Below, piece by piece: positions 28,801 through 40,100 of a stretch of 64,000 nucleotides of DNA. Origin of the DNA: an uncultured Candidatus Saccharibacteria bacterium. GTDB taxonomy: Bacteria > Patescibacteriota > Minisyncoccia > Phycocordibacterales > CAIZLB01. How positions within the stretch are numbered: position 1 is the first letter of the stretch; every line of letters begins with the position of its first letter. A program made the position numbers and the translations under genes. The notes under the pieces are model-generated. The model searched no databases. It saw only the letters and a list, made by a program, of their open reading frames with translations, and was not told where the DNA came from. The stretch spans positions 7,993-71,992 of the forward strand of contig CAZKAF010000001.1 in the NCBI GenBank assembly GCA_964550955.1. Direction: 5' to 3'.

Positions 28801-29083
28801 GGGCGGAGGCCAGAGATTCGGAGAAATGGAAGTGTGGGCATTGGCTGGTTACGGCGCGGCTCATACGCTCCGGGAAATGCTCACAATCAAGTCGGACGAC
28901 ATCCAGGGACGATCGCAAGCCTTCGACTCCATCGTTAAGGGTCAGAAGCTGCTTGAGCCAAACGCTCCCGCGTCATTCAACGTGCTCCTTTCAAACTTGA
29001 GAGGACTCGGCATCGACGTGGAGCTCAGAGGGGAAGATGAAGAAGGTCGAATTATCGAAGCAACGGACATTCTCGAAGTCTAA
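25892..29083 (+). CDS. rpoB: DNA-directed RNA polymerase subunit beta (short, 1063 aa)
   Basis: LPNLVEGQIESYKWLL N-terminus, FGEMEVWALAGYGAAHTLREMLTIKSDD, NRLKN..., RHGNKGVISRILPVEDMPF and other canonical RpoB blocks. Confidence 0.95.
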   Translation: MRQKKYFSRFKEPLAPLPNLVEGQIESYKWLLDKGLKEVFSEFVSIKDYSDKKFELDFTGFEIVAPKYDEFHAKENKMNYEGGLKVMVKLKNKILGSVKEQEVFMADFPMMTDHGTFIINGIERLIVPQIIRSYGAFFTSQEVKGKNYFGAKIIPARGAWIEIESDADGAVYVRIDRKRKFPVTSLLRAFGVETDTDMKELFKDSQYGKQYIEATLAKDHARTKEEAYIEIHKRLRDGDLATAENARDFFNALMSAERYDLSKVGRFRFNQRFGKDMGEKALSQMTLTVDDLASTIKMLIELNHNPLAIKDDIDHLGSRRVRFVGELLQQKIRVGMTQIKRNIQNRMSTIDTDANLPVQFISPRPLQARIKEFFTTNQLSQFMSQENILAEIEHLRRISALGQGGLTRERAGIEVRDVHQSHYGRICPIHTPEGQNIGLVLQLATYARVNHFGMIETPYAKVKDGKITKEIVYLNALEEAGHKIAHAATKYNDKGVIEEDIVEVRVDGEPILISKDEVDYIDVAPEQAFSISTSMIPFLNHDDANRALMGSNMQKQATPCIVPEAPLVATGIEEKAAEDTGRVILAPEEGTVTYVDAKKIVLKGAKKEHEYRLATYNRTNQFTASHQRPTVSLNQKVKRGDVLADTSTSVDGQMALGQNCLVAFMAWSGANYEDAIILSERLVKDSKFTTVHIEEFIINVRDTKLGPEVTTHDIPNVGENRLKNLDVDGIIRVGAEVRPGDIIVGKITPKTETQLTPEERLLRSIFGEKSRDVKDTSKRLENGKKGRVIGVKIFSREKGDKLDSGIIKRIHVEVAVLRNISVGDKLAGRHGNKGVISRILPVEDMPFMEDGTPVDVILTPLGVPSRMNLGQILELHLGLAAKTLNYQAIVPPFAGATVDEVKKELVTAGFNESGKMKLFDGRTGEKFEQDVAVGYMYILKLHHMVDDKIHMRSIGPYSLITQQPLGGKAQGGGQRFGEMEVWALAGYGAAHTLREMLTIKSDDIQGRSQAFDSIVKGQKLLEPNAPASFNVLLSNLRGLGIDVELRGEDEEGRIIEATDILEV

Positions 29084-29125
29084 AGAAATAGTTTCAAATA
29101 ACTATTCAAATAAAACAAAGAATAT

Positions 29126-32100
29126 ATGACTACAAAAACCCCTATCGAAATAAACAACAAGAATCATTCAATCGACGACTTCAGTTCAGTCGTATTGAAG
29201 CTCGCGTCGCCTGACAGAATCCGAGAATGGTCTTACGGCGAGGTCACGAAGCCTGAGACGATGAACTATCGAACTCAGCGAAGCGAGAAGAACGGCCTCT
29301 TCGATGAAAAGATATTCGGTCCTGAAAAAGACTATGAATGCTATTGCGGAAAATACAAAGGCATCCGATACAAAGGCATTGTCTGCGAGAAATGCGGAGT
29401 CGAGCTTACGCGATCCATCGTTCGACGAGAACGAATGGGACATATCGAGCTTTCAGTTCCAGTGGGACATATCTGGTACCTTCGAACGCTTCCTTCGAGA
29501 ATCGCCACGATTCTCGGCATGAGCGCCGCTGATGTGGAAAAAGTAGTGTACTTCGCGGGATATCTCATCACGGCCGTTAACAAGGACGAAAAAGAAAAGC
29601 TCCTTAAGGAGCTCGACGGCGAATTCAAAAGCAAGATCAAATCTTTGAGCGATGAAAAGTCAAAAGATGCCCTGACTGAGCTCCTGATGGGTGCCAAGCG
29701 GGAGATCGAAAGCATCGAGATCGGAAAAGTTCTCGACGAAGTTGAATACCATAAGTATTCGCTCAAGTACGGCGTCTGCTTTACGGCGGGCATCGGCGCT
29801 GAAGCTGTCTTCAATATTTTCAAACAGCTCGACATGAAGAAGCTCCTTGTGCAGCTTGAAGAAAACCTCCAGAAGGTTTCTGCTGCTGAGCGAGAAAAGC
29901 TCATGCGACGAGTGAGTCTCGTCAAGTCCATGTCACGATCAGGCATTCGGCCTGAATGGATGTTCATCAGCGCCCTTCCGGTTATTCCGGCGGCGCTTCG
30001 ACCTATGGTCGCGCTTGAAGGCGGACGGCATGCGACATCTGACGTAAACGACCTATATCGACGAGTTATTAACCGAAACAATCGACTCAAGAAGCTCAAG
30101 GAGATCAATGCTCCCGATGTTATCCTTCGAAACGAGAAGCGAATCCTCCAGGAAGCAGTCGATGCCCTTATCGACAACTCAATCCGAAGCGGCAGCGCGG
30201 TATATGCAGGGCTCAATGCTGCTCAGCGACGACCTCTTAAGTCTCTTGCGGATAACCTCAAGGGCAAGCGAGGACTCTTCCGACAGAACCTCCTCGGCAA
30301 GCGAGTAGACTACTCCGGACGATCAGTTATCGTCGTGGGTCCTGACCTCAAGCTCAACCAGTGCGGTCTTCCAAAGCACATGGCACTTGAGCTCTTCCGA
30401 CCATTCGTTATCTCGGAACTTCTTAAGCGAGAAATGGCTTTCAACATTCGAGGCGCATCGCGACTTATCGATGACGGCATTCCCGAAGTTTGGGCCATTC
30501 TCGAACAGGTGATTCAGAACAAGCGAGTGCTCCTTAACCGAGCGCCTACGCTTCACCGACTCTCTATCCAGGCATTCAAGCCGGTTCTCATCGAAGGAAA
30601 TGCGATTCAGGTTCACCCTCTTGTATGTTCTCCATTCAACGCGGACTTCGACGGCGACACCATGGCCGTTCACGTTCCGCTTTCGGAAGAAGCTCAGAAA
30701 GAAGCCGAGATGATCATGGAATCTTCCAAGAACATCCTCAAGCCTGGTTCCGGAGACCCGACGGTCACGAACAAGATGCTCGACATCGTTCTCGGATCAT
30801 ACTGGATGACAAAGAACGTTGCCGGAGAAAAAGGCGAAGGAAAAGTCTTTGTCGGTCCGGACGAAGCCATCTCGGCTCAGACATACGATCTCGTCTCATA
30901 TCGAGCGCAGATCAAGGTGCGAGCGCCTATCGACGGCCCTCAGGCTGACAAGTACAAGGAATTCGCCGGAACAATCTTTGAAACGACAGTCGGGCGAATC
31001 CTCTTCAACAATCTTCTTCCTGACGACTATCCGTTCATCAATAAAGAAATCACGAAGGGCGTGATGATGGCCCTTGTCGACGACATGATTACGCATCGAG
31101 GCATCGAGAACGTTCCCGCGCTCATCGACAGCATCAAGACATTCGGATTCAAGTACGTGACGCAGTCGGGCGTAACGTGGAGCATCGACGACGTTAAGGT
31201 GCCGGAAGGCAAGACCGCGGTGATCGACACGGCTCAGGCCAAGTCAAACGAGGTCATCTCTCAGTACAACGAAGGTCTTCTTTCAAAGGAGGAAAAGACT
31301 CGAAAGAACGTCGAAATCTGGCAGGATGCCAAGGCTCAGGTTGAAAAGCTGGTAGACCAGAACCTCAGCAAGAACAGTCCGGTCTTCGACATGGTGAACT
31401 CGGGAGCCCGAGGTTCCCTCGGTAACCTTACGCAGATGGTAGGAATGAAAGGCCTCATCTCGAACGCTCAAGGAGAGACAATCGAGCTTCCTATCGTTTC
31501 ATCCTTCAAGGAAGGTCTTACTCCTATCGAATACTTCGTAACGACTCACGGTGCCCGAAAAGGTATGACGGACACGGCCCTCAACACGGCGCGAGCGGGT
31601 TACCTGACTCGACGATTGTTCGTGGTCGCGCAAAGCGTCATGGTCACTGAAGAAGATTGCGGAGCCAAAGACGGCGTCGCTATCCAGCGAGTCGGCGCAT
31701 CAGGCATTGCCACATCGCTTGTAAAGAGCGTGACTGGACGAGTGTTGTCTAAGGACATCGCGAATTCAAAAGGCGAGGTTCTCTTCAAGAGGGATCATCT
31801 CATCTCAAAGGATGACGCGGGTCTTCTCGAAAAGGAAGGCGTGACTGAAGTGACGGTACGATCGCCGCTCATGTGCAAGACAGAACAGGGAGTATGCGCC
31901 AAGTGCTACGGATATGACCTCGGACGAAACAAGCTCGTCGAAGTAGGCGAAGCGGTCGGTACGATCGCCGCGCAGGCGATTGGCGAGCCGGGCACGCAGC
32001 TTACGATGAGAACCTTCCATGCCGGAGGCGTGGCTACGGTAGGCGGAGACATCACGCACGGTCTTCCTCGAGTTGAAGAAATCTTCGACAACCGAACGCC

Positions 32101-32836
32101 GAAGAACCCTGCAATCATCGCCACTCATGACGGCGTCATCACTGAAGTGAAGGAGGTCAACAAGGAACGGGTCATCAAGATTCTTCCTGATGTTCCGACT
32201 AAGTCAAAGAAGGGCAGCGAGGTGGAATACACGTTCCACTATGCGCGAGTTCCGGTAGTGAAAGTCGGTCAGCATGTTTCCAAGGGAGACTTCCTGACAG
32301 ACGGCTCAGCCGATCTTGAAGAGCTCTTCGAGCTTGGCGGGCGAGAAAAGGCTCAGGAATACATCATCTCTGAAGCGAAGAAAATCTACGAGCTCCAGGG
32401 CGAAAACGTTTCTCGAAAGCACCTCGAAGTAGTCGTTCGGGAAATGTTCGGACGAGTGCGGGTCAAGGAGCCGGGCGATTCGCAGTTCGCAGCGGGCGAC
32501 TATGTGGAGAAATTCCAGTTCGACGAAGTCAACAGGGAGGTGAAGGCTCAGGGCGGCATTGAGGCAAAAGCGGAACCTGTAATCATGGGCATCGCCGAAG
32601 CGTCTCTCAACCGAAGAAGCTTCCTTTCCGCGGCGTCGTTCCAGCATACGAACCGAATGCTTATCTCGGCATCGCTCAAGGCCAACAAGGATCCGCTCTA
32701 CGGCATCATGGAAAACGTGATCATCGGACGACTGATTCCTGCCGGCACCGGATTCAAGGGCAGCGCCAAGCATCAGATGATCGAGGATTTCAAGGCTCGA
32801 ATTGTCGAGAACGAAGACTCCGAATCGGAAGCATAG
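29126..32836 (+). CDS. rpoC: DNA-directed RNA polymerase subunit beta'
   Basis: Zn-finger YECYCGKYKGIRYKGIVCEKCGVE, the catalytic NADFDGD motif and many further RpoC blocks. Confidence 0.95.
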   Translation: MTTKTPIEINNKNHSIDDFSSVVLKLASPDRIREWSYGEVTKPETMNYRTQRSEKNGLFDEKIFGPEKDYECYCGKYKGIRYKGIVCEKCGVELTRSIVRRERMGHIELSVPVGHIWYLRTLPSRIATILGMSAADVEKVVYFAGYLITAVNKDEKEKLLKELDGEFKSKIKSLSDEKSKDALTELLMGAKREIESIEIGKVLDEVEYHKYSLKYGVCFTAGIGAEAVFNIFKQLDMKKLLVQLEENLQKVSAAEREKLMRRVSLVKSMSRSGIRPEWMFISALPVIPAALRPMVALEGGRHATSDVNDLYRRVINRNNRLKKLKEINAPDVILRNEKRILQEAVDALIDNSIRSGSAVYAGLNAAQRRPLKSLADNLKGKRGLFRQNLLGKRVDYSGRSVIVVGPDLKLNQCGLPKHMALELFRPFVISELLKREMAFNIRGASRLIDDGIPEVWAILEQVIQNKRVLLNRAPTLHRLSIQAFKPVLIEGNAIQVHPLVCSPFNADFDGDTMAVHVPLSEEAQKEAEMIMESSKNILKPGSGDPTVTNKMLDIVLGSYWMTKNVAGEKGEGKVFVGPDEAISAQTYDLVSYRAQIKVRAPIDGPQADKYKEFAGTIFETTVGRILFNNLLPDDYPFINKEITKGVMMALVDDMITHRGIENVPALIDSIKTFGFKYVTQSGVTWSIDDVKVPEGKTAVIDTAQAKSNEVISQYNEGLLSKEEKTRKNVEIWQDAKAQVEKLVDQNLSKNSPVFDMVNSGARGSLGNLTQMVGMKGLISNAQGETIELPIVSSFKEGLTPIEYFVTTHGARKGMTDTALNTARAGYLTRRLFVVAQSVMVTEEDCGAKDGVAIQRVGASGIATSLVKSVTGRVLSKDIANSKGEVLFKRDHLISKDDAGLLEKEGVTEVTVRSPLMCKTEQGVCAKCYGYDLGRNKLVEVGEAVGTIAAQAIGEPGTQLTMRTFHAGGVATVGGDITHGLPRVEEIFDNRTPKNPAIIATHDGVITEVKEVNKERVIKILPDVPTKSKKGSEVEYTFHYARVPVVKVGQHVSKGDFLTDGSADLEELFELGGREKAQEYIISEAKKIYELQGENVSRKHLEVVVREMFGRVRVKEPGDSQFAAGDYVEKFQFDEVNREVKAQGGIEAKAEPVIMGIAEASLNRRSFLSAASFQHTNRMLISASLKANKDPLYGIMENVIIGRLIPAGTGFKGSAKHQMIEDFKARIVENEDSESEA

Positions 32837-33023
32837 CAGCTTTCGGGAGCCGGCATCGGACTGCGCGGCCCGATGCCGGAATTGCGCGCGGCGCGAGATG
32901 TCTCGACGTCGGCATGGTAGTAAGATTAAATATTAGCCTCTAATACTTTAAATCTGGCTGCCTTGTGTGGGCCTGTTCACTGGCGGACGGGTCCTCAGAA
33001 GGCAGCCAGATAACAAACTACGA

Positions 33024-34838
33024 ATGTCATCAGCAGCAGAACAAATCAAGGAGCGGCTGGGGATTGCCGAAGTGGTCGGCGCATATATAAAGCTGGAAAA
33101 GGCGGGGGCGAACTACAAGGCTCGCTGCCCTTTTCATAATGAAAAGACCCCGTCCTTCTTCATCTCGCCCGGGCGAAACTCGTACTACTGCTTCGGCTGC
33201 GGCGCGAAAGGGGATGCCTTCACCTTCGTCCAGGAATTCGAAAAAGTCGATTTTGTCGGCGCGCTGAAAATTCTGGCCGAAAAGGCCGGCATCGAGCTGC
33301 AGTCGATGCGAAACGAGAACAAGGGCGAAACCGACAGGCTTCGAAGCGTTCTCGAGATGTCGACGAAATATTACCAGCAGGAGCTCTCGCGTTCGGGCAA
33401 GGCGCTCGAATACTTGAAAAGCCGAGGCCTTGCCGACAAGACCATTTCGGATTGGAGAATCGGCTACGCGCCGAACGAATGGAGAAAGCTCAGCGAATTT
33501 CTCGCTTCCAAAAGGGTAAGCGATGCCGACATGGAAACGGTCGGCCTCATCAAGTGGCCCGAGGACCAGGCGAAGGGCAGAAGCCCGTACGATCGGTTCC
33601 GGGCGCGCATCATGTTCCCGCTGTTCGACGCGTCCTCGCGCGTCATCGGATACTCCGGAAGAATCTTCGGCGTGCCCGATGCTGACGGGCCGAAATACTT
33701 GAACAGTCCCGACACGGTCCTGTTCAACAAGTCGGAAACGCTGTACGGGTTCCATAAGGCGAAAGAGGGCGTCCGCGAATGGAGATATGCCATTCTGGTG
33801 GAAGGCCAGATGGACCTGCTCATGTGCCATCAGTCCGGATTCACGAACGCGGTCGCGACGTCCGGCACCTCGCTGACGCCCCAGCACCTTGAAAAATTGA
33901 AGAAAATATCAGATAATTTGATGTTAGTATACGATGCTGACAAAGCAGGTCTCAAAGCGACGCTTCGCGCGTGGACCGGCGCTCTGGCAATCGGTATGGA
34001 TGTCAAAGTAGCGGGACTTCCGACGGGCGAAGATCCCGCCTCGATTCTTTTGAAAGACAAAGAAGAGTTCAAGAAAGCCCTCAAAAATTCAAAACACATA
34101 ATCGAGTACTACCTTGATATCCTTGCAAAGGAATCTAAAAAAGAAGGCCGGTCTCCGGAAAAATTTAAAAAATCAATACAGGAAGAGCTCCTGCCGTACG
34201 TGGCAGTCATAGAAAGCGCCATAGCGCGTTCAGGTTTCATATCAAAGATAAGCCTTGCAACGGGCATTCGCGAGGACGATATCCGCGAGGAGGTTGAGAA
34301 AATCATGAAAAATATCAGGGCGAATCAGCCCGCTCAGCCGTCAGGTTCCGGACAGCCGGCATCGCCCGCGTCCGACGGATCAAGATCGTCAGCCGGCTCG
34401 TCAGGCTCGCAGGATCAGGGCGCCGAGCGAAGCGTCATCATGCGCGACCCGTCGATACGAAGGCTTGTCGGACTCGTCCAATGGCTGATTTCGAAGAAGG
34501 ACGAGGATACGGCCGGTGCCATCACCGAGCGAGTCGAGACGCTCCTGTCGGCGGACGAATTGGCGGACTTCAAGACGCTCGTCGGCCAGCCGAGGGAAGA
34601 GCTCATTTTCGAAGCCGAAGTGCTCTTTCAGGGAAGCTCGAAAATAGACAGGGAGATAGGGCACATGGTGGACGGGATAGAGGAGCGGATGCTGAAGGAA
34701 AAATTATCAAAAAAAATGTCGGAGCTTCACATGGCAGAAGGCAGGAAGGACAAGAAGAAGGCGGAAGAATTGATAGAGGCCTGCCAGAAGATTTCGCAGC
34801 AATTATCAGATTTAAATAAGAAGAGGGTAAATTATTAA
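33024..34838 (+). CDS. dnaG: DNA primase
   Basis: CHC2 zinc finger [30 protein letters not shown] and TOPRIM region [30 protein letters not shown]...LVYDADKAG. The ORF opens at 32967; ATG 33024 matches the canonical DnaG N-terminus. Confidence 0.9.
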   Translation: MSSAAEQIKERLGIAEVVGAYIKLEKAGANYKARCPFHNEKTPSFFISPGRNSYYCFGCGAKGDAFTFVQEFEKVDFVGALKILAEKAGIELQSMRNENKGETDRLRSVLEMSTKYYQQELSRSGKALEYLKSRGLADKTISDWRIGYAPNEWRKLSEFLASKRVSDADMETVGLIKWPEDQAKGRSPYDRFRARIMFPLFDASSRVIGYSGRIFGVPDADGPKYLNSPDTVLFNKSETLYGFHKAKEGVREWRYAILVEGQMDLLMCHQSGFTNAVATSGTSLTPQHLEKLKKISDNLMLVYDADKAGLKATLRAWTGALAIGMDVKVAGLPTGEDPASILLKDKEEFKKALKNSKHIIEYYLDILAKESKKEGRSPEKFKKSIQEELLPYVAVIESAIARSGFISKISLATGIREDDIREEVEKIMKNIRANQPAQPSGSGQPASPASDGSRSSAGSSGSQDQGAERSVIMRDPSIRRLVGLVQWLISKKDEDTAGAITERVETLLSADELADFKTLVGQPREELIFEAEVLFQGSSKIDREIGHMVDGIEERMLKEKLSKKMSELHMAEGRKDKKKAEELIEACQKISQQLSDLNKKRVNY

Positions 34839-34843
34839 AAAAC

Positions 34844-36217
34844 ATGAAAAATAAAAAACAAAAGGAAATGAAACATAAGAAAACAGCCAAGTCCGCGCCG
34901 AAGCCGGCGAAATCCGGCAAATCAGCGAAGGCTTCAAGGCCCGTCGCCAGAGCCAAGGCGCCTGCCAAGAGTCCGGCCAAAGCTTCGAAAGCCGCGGTCA
35001 GGCATGCGAAATCCCCGGCGAAGCCGGCTGCAAAAGCCCAGGCTCACAAAAATTCCAAAACTCCGGCGAAAGGCCAGAAGGCTCCCGAAAAGCACGTGAA
35101 GACGACCCTCACTCCTGCCGAGCCGAAGAAGAAGACGAAGGAAGAAATCGCCTATGACGCGAAGGCGAACGTCCTGCTCCTTCGGGGGAAAGACAGGGGC
35201 TTCGTGACGTACGACGAGATCCTCAAGGAATTCCCTCATATCGAGCTTGATGTCATGTTCCTCGATTACCTCTACGAGAAATTCTCTTCTGCCGGCATCG
35301 ACATTCTCGAAGGAGGAGGAATGCTCAACTTCAAGCAGGAAGAGGAGGAGATGCTCAAGAAGTACAGCATGAACAAGAGCGACTCGACCTACGACTCCAT
35401 CCAGATGTACCTCAAGGAAATCGGCCAGTATCCGCTCATCAATGCGCATGACGAGAAGGAGCTCGCCAAGCGAATCCAAGCCGGCGACATTGAGGCCAAG
35501 AACTTGCTTGCCAAGGCAAACCTTCGGCTTGTGGTTTCCATTGCCAAGAAATACGCGAACAGAAGCCCTGACCTCACGCTTCTTGACCTCATTCAGGAAG
35601 GAAACCTCGGCCTCTTCAAGGCGGTTGAAAAGTTCGACTGGTCCAAAGGCTTCAAGTTTTCAACGTATGCGACATGGTGGATCAGGCAGTCTATCACGAG
35701 AGCCCTTGCCGACCAGTCGCGAACGATTCGAGTTCCGGTGCATATGGTAGAAACTATCGCAAAATACAAGCAGGTGGTGCGACGGCTCTTCCAGGATCTC
35801 GGACGAGAGCCGCTTCCTGAGGAAATTGCCACCGAGATGGGCATCGAAGTGGACAAGATTTATACTATTGAAAAAATCGACCAGAATACCGTGTCGCTCG
35901 ACACGCCCGTGAACGACGATGAGGACAAGTCATCCGCATTCGGAGACTTCATCGCCGATGACAAGATCCTTTCTCCTGATCAGGAATCTTCGCGAAGAAT
36001 CCTGGCCGACCAGGTCCAGGAAATCCTCGGCGACCTTTCGGAGAAGGAGAGGGAAATCCTCGCGCTCCGGCACGGTCTCAACGACGGAATCCAGCATACG
36101 CTTGAGGAGGTAGGAAAGATGTTCGGCGTGACGCGAGAGCGAATCCGGCAGATTGAAGCCAAGGCTCATGAGAAAATCCGGCAGCATGAGAAGGTGAATC
36201 GGCTGAAGAACTACTAG
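34844..36217 (+). CDS. rpoD: Primary sigma-70 factor with a ~100-aa Lys/Ala/Pro-rich N-terminal extension.
   Basis: Region 2 [39 protein letters not shown], region 1.2 [11 protein letters not shown], regions 3/4 ...[13 protein letters not shown]...[21 protein letters not shown]-terminal [54 protein letters not shown]. Confidence 0.9.
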   Translation: MKNKKQKEMKHKKTAKSAPKPAKSGKSAKASRPVARAKAPAKSPAKASKAAVRHAKSPAKPAAKAQAHKNSKTPAKGQKAPEKHVKTTLTPAEPKKKTKEEIAYDAKANVLLLRGKDRGFVTYDEILKEFPHIELDVMFLDYLYEKFSSAGIDILEGGGMLNFKQEEEEMLKKYSMNKSDSTYDSIQMYLKEIGQYPLINAHDEKELAKRIQAGDIEAKNLLAKANLRLVVSIAKKYANRSPDLTLLDLIQEGNLGLFKAVEKFDWSKGFKFSTYATWWIRQSITRALADQSRTIRVPVHMVETIAKYKQVVRRLFQDLGREPLPEEIATEMGIEVDKIYTIEKIDQNTVSLDTPVNDDEDKSSAFGDFIADDKILSPDQESSRRILADQVQEILGDLSEKEREILALRHGLNDGIQHTLEEVGKMFGVTRERIRQIEAKAHEKIRQHEKVNRLKNY

Positions 36218-36308
36218 AGAATTGCCAGCTGGCCGGCTTAAGGCTCAAGCAAACTTCCGGGCTTAAGTAAATTTCCGCGTAGGTCAAAATAGGCAAAAGC
36301 ATAAGAAA

Positions 36309-36345
36309 GCCCCTCTCACCGTTTCCGGGAGAGGGGCTCTGCTTT
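36309..36345. terminator. Bidirectional terminator between rpoD (+) and a convergent membrane-protein gene (-).
   Basis: gcccctctc-accgtttccggg-agaggggc then tctgcttt; upstream aagaaa. Confidence 0.6.
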
Positions 36346-36970
36346 ATCTCCAATACGAACGCACGAAGAGGCAAGCTATGCCGGCATAGAACGCGGCGGC
36401 AAAGACGATGACGATGAATCTCAAGGTCTTCTTCGATGATTCGGCCGCATTTATGCCGTAATGGTTGTCGCATGCCGCGAATGCCAAGGCCGGATACGCG
36501 AACAGCAGAGGGGCGCAGGCGGCGAAGAGCCGGTCCGTAAATGCGGCTCCGTGCGTCAGGAAGAACAGCGTGACATACGGTATGAGCCATAGCACTCTCG
36601 ACTGGTTTTCCTGAAGCTCGGGGTTTTTCCGCTTGCGACTTTCGCCGCATAGTTCCTCGTATTCTGCCCGTCGCTCGAATTCCTGCTTGACTCTGGCGAT
36701 GCGCCTCATGTGCGCCAAGACTGACGCTGATGAGAATGCATAAGTCGCGAATACGATGATCCACTGCAAGTCGGTAAGCTCGGCGGCTGCCGGTTTCCCG
36801 ATACCCCCGGCAATGAGCTTGATGCTCAGGAGGATTCCTAAAATGAGAAGCAGCCTTGCGACCGCGAACTGGCTCATGCCCGTCACCTTGTCTATCCATA
36901 TGACCGCGGGCTGAACGTACTCTTTCATCACGTGAATCTCAAGGTCGGCAATCGTCTCGATGTCTTTCAT
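36344..36970 (-). CDS. Hypothetical integral membrane protein (208 aa)
   Basis: Multiple hydrophobic helices (FAVARLLLILGILLSIKLIAGGI, WIIVFATYAFSSASVL, LWLIPYVTLFFL, FIVIVFAAAFYAGIACLFV). Confidence 0.5.
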   Translation of the reverse strand: MKDIETIADLEIHVMKEYVQPAVIWIDKVTGMSQFAVARLLLILGILLSIKLIAGGIGKPAAAELTDLQWIIVFATYAFSSASVLAHMRRIARVKQEFERRAEYEELCGESRKRKNPELQENQSRVLWLIPYVTLFFLTHGAAFTDRLFAACAPLLFAYPALAFAACDNHYGINAAESSKKTLRFIVIVFAAAFYAGIACLFVRSYWR

Positions 36971-37107
36971 TTTGAATGATCCTTTCCGTGTTGGTTGATT
37001 TGGCTTTCGTTTTCAAGGGTCATCCATTCGGACGACTGACTGATTTCACATGGATTTAATCACGCATGCTTGATTGAGTCAATGGTGTCGGCCTCGGAGC
37101 TTTCTCC

Positions 37108-40100
37108 GTGTATAATGATCGCATGTCATTCTCATTTGCGGAGCGGTATAAGAAGCTCAATAAGGCCCAGAAGCAGGCCGTGGACACCATAGAGGGCCCG
37201 CTGCTCGTCGTCGCCGGTCCCGGCTCCGGAAAGACCGAAATATTGAGCCTCAGGGTGGCTCAGATTCTCAAGGAAACGCAGGCTCTGCCCTCGAACATCC
37301 TCTGCCTGACTTTCACCGATTCGGCCGCGGTGAACATGCGGGACCGCCTCTCGAAGCTTATCGGGCAGGAGGCGTATCGGGTGGCTATCCACACGTTCCA
37401 CAGCTTTGCCATCGAGTGCATCCAGAAATATCCGGAGTTCTTCTACAAGGGCGCCGTTTTCGCGCCGGCGGACCCCATTTCCCAAATAGCGATTCTTGAG
37501 GAAATTTTCGGGAATCTTTCGCATGACAATCCGCTTCGCTCGTCGCATCCGGACCAGGGGTTCGTGTATCTTTCGGACGTGTCGCGAATCATCGGCCACC
37601 TGAAGAAGGCGGGCGTCAATCCCGACGAGCTCGACGAGCTGCTCAAGGAAAACGAGATCGACATGGCGCATGTCTCGGAACTTCTCGGACCCTTGATGTC
37701 GAAGACCGTTTCGGCGAAAGTCGTGGGGGAAATTGCCGCAGCCCAAAAGCAGCTGGCTGAAAAGGCGTCGTTCAAGAATGCGCATGCCGACATACATGCA
37801 AAGACCGGCTTCCCGTCGCTTTTGCATGCCGTGGCGATCTCTCTCGAAGAGGCTCTCATCCGCGCAAGCGATTTGGGCAAGAACGAGCCCGTCTCAAAAT
37901 GGAAGGAAAAATGGTTCAAGAAAGACGATTCCGGAACCAAAGTATTTCGAGACGTTCTTTCGCTGGAGAAAATAAAAGTGGTGTCGGGCATTTACAGGCA
38001 GTACAGGGAAACGATGCACGCCCGGTCGATGTTCGACTTCGATGACATGATTCTCGACCTCATCGCGGCCATCGAATCCCATCCGCGCCTTAGACACGAT
38101 CTCCAGGAGCAGTTCCAGTACATCCTCGTCGACGAATTCCAGGACACGAACAACGCGCAGATGCGAATCATCAAGCTTGTCGCGGACGCGCCGGTGCATG
38201 AGGGGAAGCCGAACATCATGGTGGTAGGGGACGATGACCAGGCGGTGTACAAGTTCCAGGGCGCGGAGCTCTCGAACATCCTCAACTTCAGGACTTCCTT
38301 TTCCGATGTCGGCGTCGTGAACATGACTTCGAACTACAGGTCGACTCAGGACATTCTCGACGTGGCGACGCATATCATCAGGAAGGGCGAGCACCGCCTG
38401 GAGAACCTCATACCTCAGCTCGAAAAGACGCTCGTGGCGTCAAATCCTGAAATCAAGCGCGGCTCGATCGTTCATAAGGTATTTGATACGAGCCTTCACG
38501 AGCTTCACTACGTTTCGAGGCGCATCAGGTCGCTTCTCGAATCGGGCGTTTCGGCGAATGACATTGCGGTCATCTCAAGCAAGCACAGGCAGCTCGAATC
38601 GCTTGTGCCGTACATGAAGGGCGCCGGCGTGCCCATAAAGTACGAGCGCGAGCAGAACGTCTTTCTCGAGCCGCATATCGCCCAGCTCATACTCATGGGC
38701 AGGTTCGTCAATTCGATCGCCCGGCACGGAAGTTCAGAGGCTGACGAGCACTTGCCGCGAATCCTGGCATTTCCGTTCTGGGGCTTGCCGCGGATGTCCA
38801 TTTGGAATATTTCAAAGACGGCTTATGCCGAAAGAAAGACATGGCTTGAAGCCATGGTCGGGTCAGAGGACGCTCAGGTCAGGCGCATTGCCGAGTTCCT
38901 GATCGACCTCGGCGAGCGGGCGCCGGACGAGCCGCTGGAAAGCCTGCTTGATCAGATGATCGGCGCGCACGTGCAGCTTGTTCAGGAGAATGAGGACGAG
39001 GAAGTGGAAGGCGAAGAAGCGGAAACTTTCAGGGGATCGGAAAGCGCGGCTGCCGGCAAAGCGTCCGGAGCTGTCGAAAAACTTGCAGTCGACGGGGATT
39101 ACGGCAGCCCGTTCAAGTCGTATTATTTCAACAAGGAAAGATTCGATCATGCCCGCGCGGAGTACCTGTCTTTCCTGTCGAGCCTCAGGGTTTTCGTGAA
39201 GGCGCTTCGCGAGTACAAGGGGAAGGCCTCGGCGGTCGAGACCTTGAAGCTGCAGGACATGATCGACTTCGTGGACATTCATCAGAAAAACGGCGTCGCC
39301 CTGAATGACCAGAGCCCGTTTGCCAACTCGACGAATGCGGTGCATCTGCTCTCGGCGCACAAGTCAAAAGGGCTCGAGTTCGACACGGTCTTCGTGCTTT
39401 CCTGCACGGACGATGTCTGGGCGGGAAGGGGCGGAAGCAGGAAGATAACCCTGCCCGCGAACATGCCGATCGAGCCGGCAGGCGAAAGCGACGATGACAA
39501 GCTCCGGCTTTTTTATGTGGCCCTGACTCGCGCGAAAAAGAACCTTTACATAACGTCGTATAAGGTCAAGGACGACGGCAAGGAGGCGCTCATGCTGCGC
39601 TTCCTGACTTCCGACTCGGAGCTGCATGAAGAAGTGCTCAAGAAGTTATATGCCCCGGAACAGGGAGATGAAGAAATGTTCAAGGAAACATATACGCCCG
39701 AAACTCACGAATTGCTTACCGCCTCGTGGATCCTGTATCATACTCCGCCGTTTTTCGGCGAGGAACGGGCGCTCCTGAAGTCCGTGCTTGAAAACTACCA
39801 GCTTTCGGTGACGCATCTGAACAATTACTTGAACGTGGCGAAAGGCGGACCTCAGCTTTTCCTGGAACAGAACCTGCTTCGATTTCCTCAGGCCAAGAGC
39901 CCTTCCGGCTCGTTCGGAACGGCGGTGCACAGGACTTTGGAAAAGGCGGGGGTGCACGTTCGCGCCGAAGGCAAGCTGCCCGGCAAGGATGAATTCCTGG
40001 CCTGGTTCAAGGCGCATCTCGCGCACGAGAGGCTTTCAAGGGCGGACATGAGGCTGTTTGAAGGACGGGGGATTTCCGCGCTCTCGGCATTTTATGATCA

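Noticed and set aside
29341-30216. 291-aa minus-strand ORF inside rpoC
   Set aside because: Shadow ORF opposite a highly conserved gene.
33030-33887. 285-aa minus-strand ORF
   Set aside because: It lies entirely antisense within dnaG. It is a typical high-GC shadow ORF with no motifs.
36078-36899. 273-aa minus-strand ORF spanning the rpoD 3' end and the membrane-protein gene
   Set aside because: It overlaps the well-supported rpoD and crosses the bidirectional terminator. The in-frame membrane-protein ORF 36344-36970 is the plausible gene.
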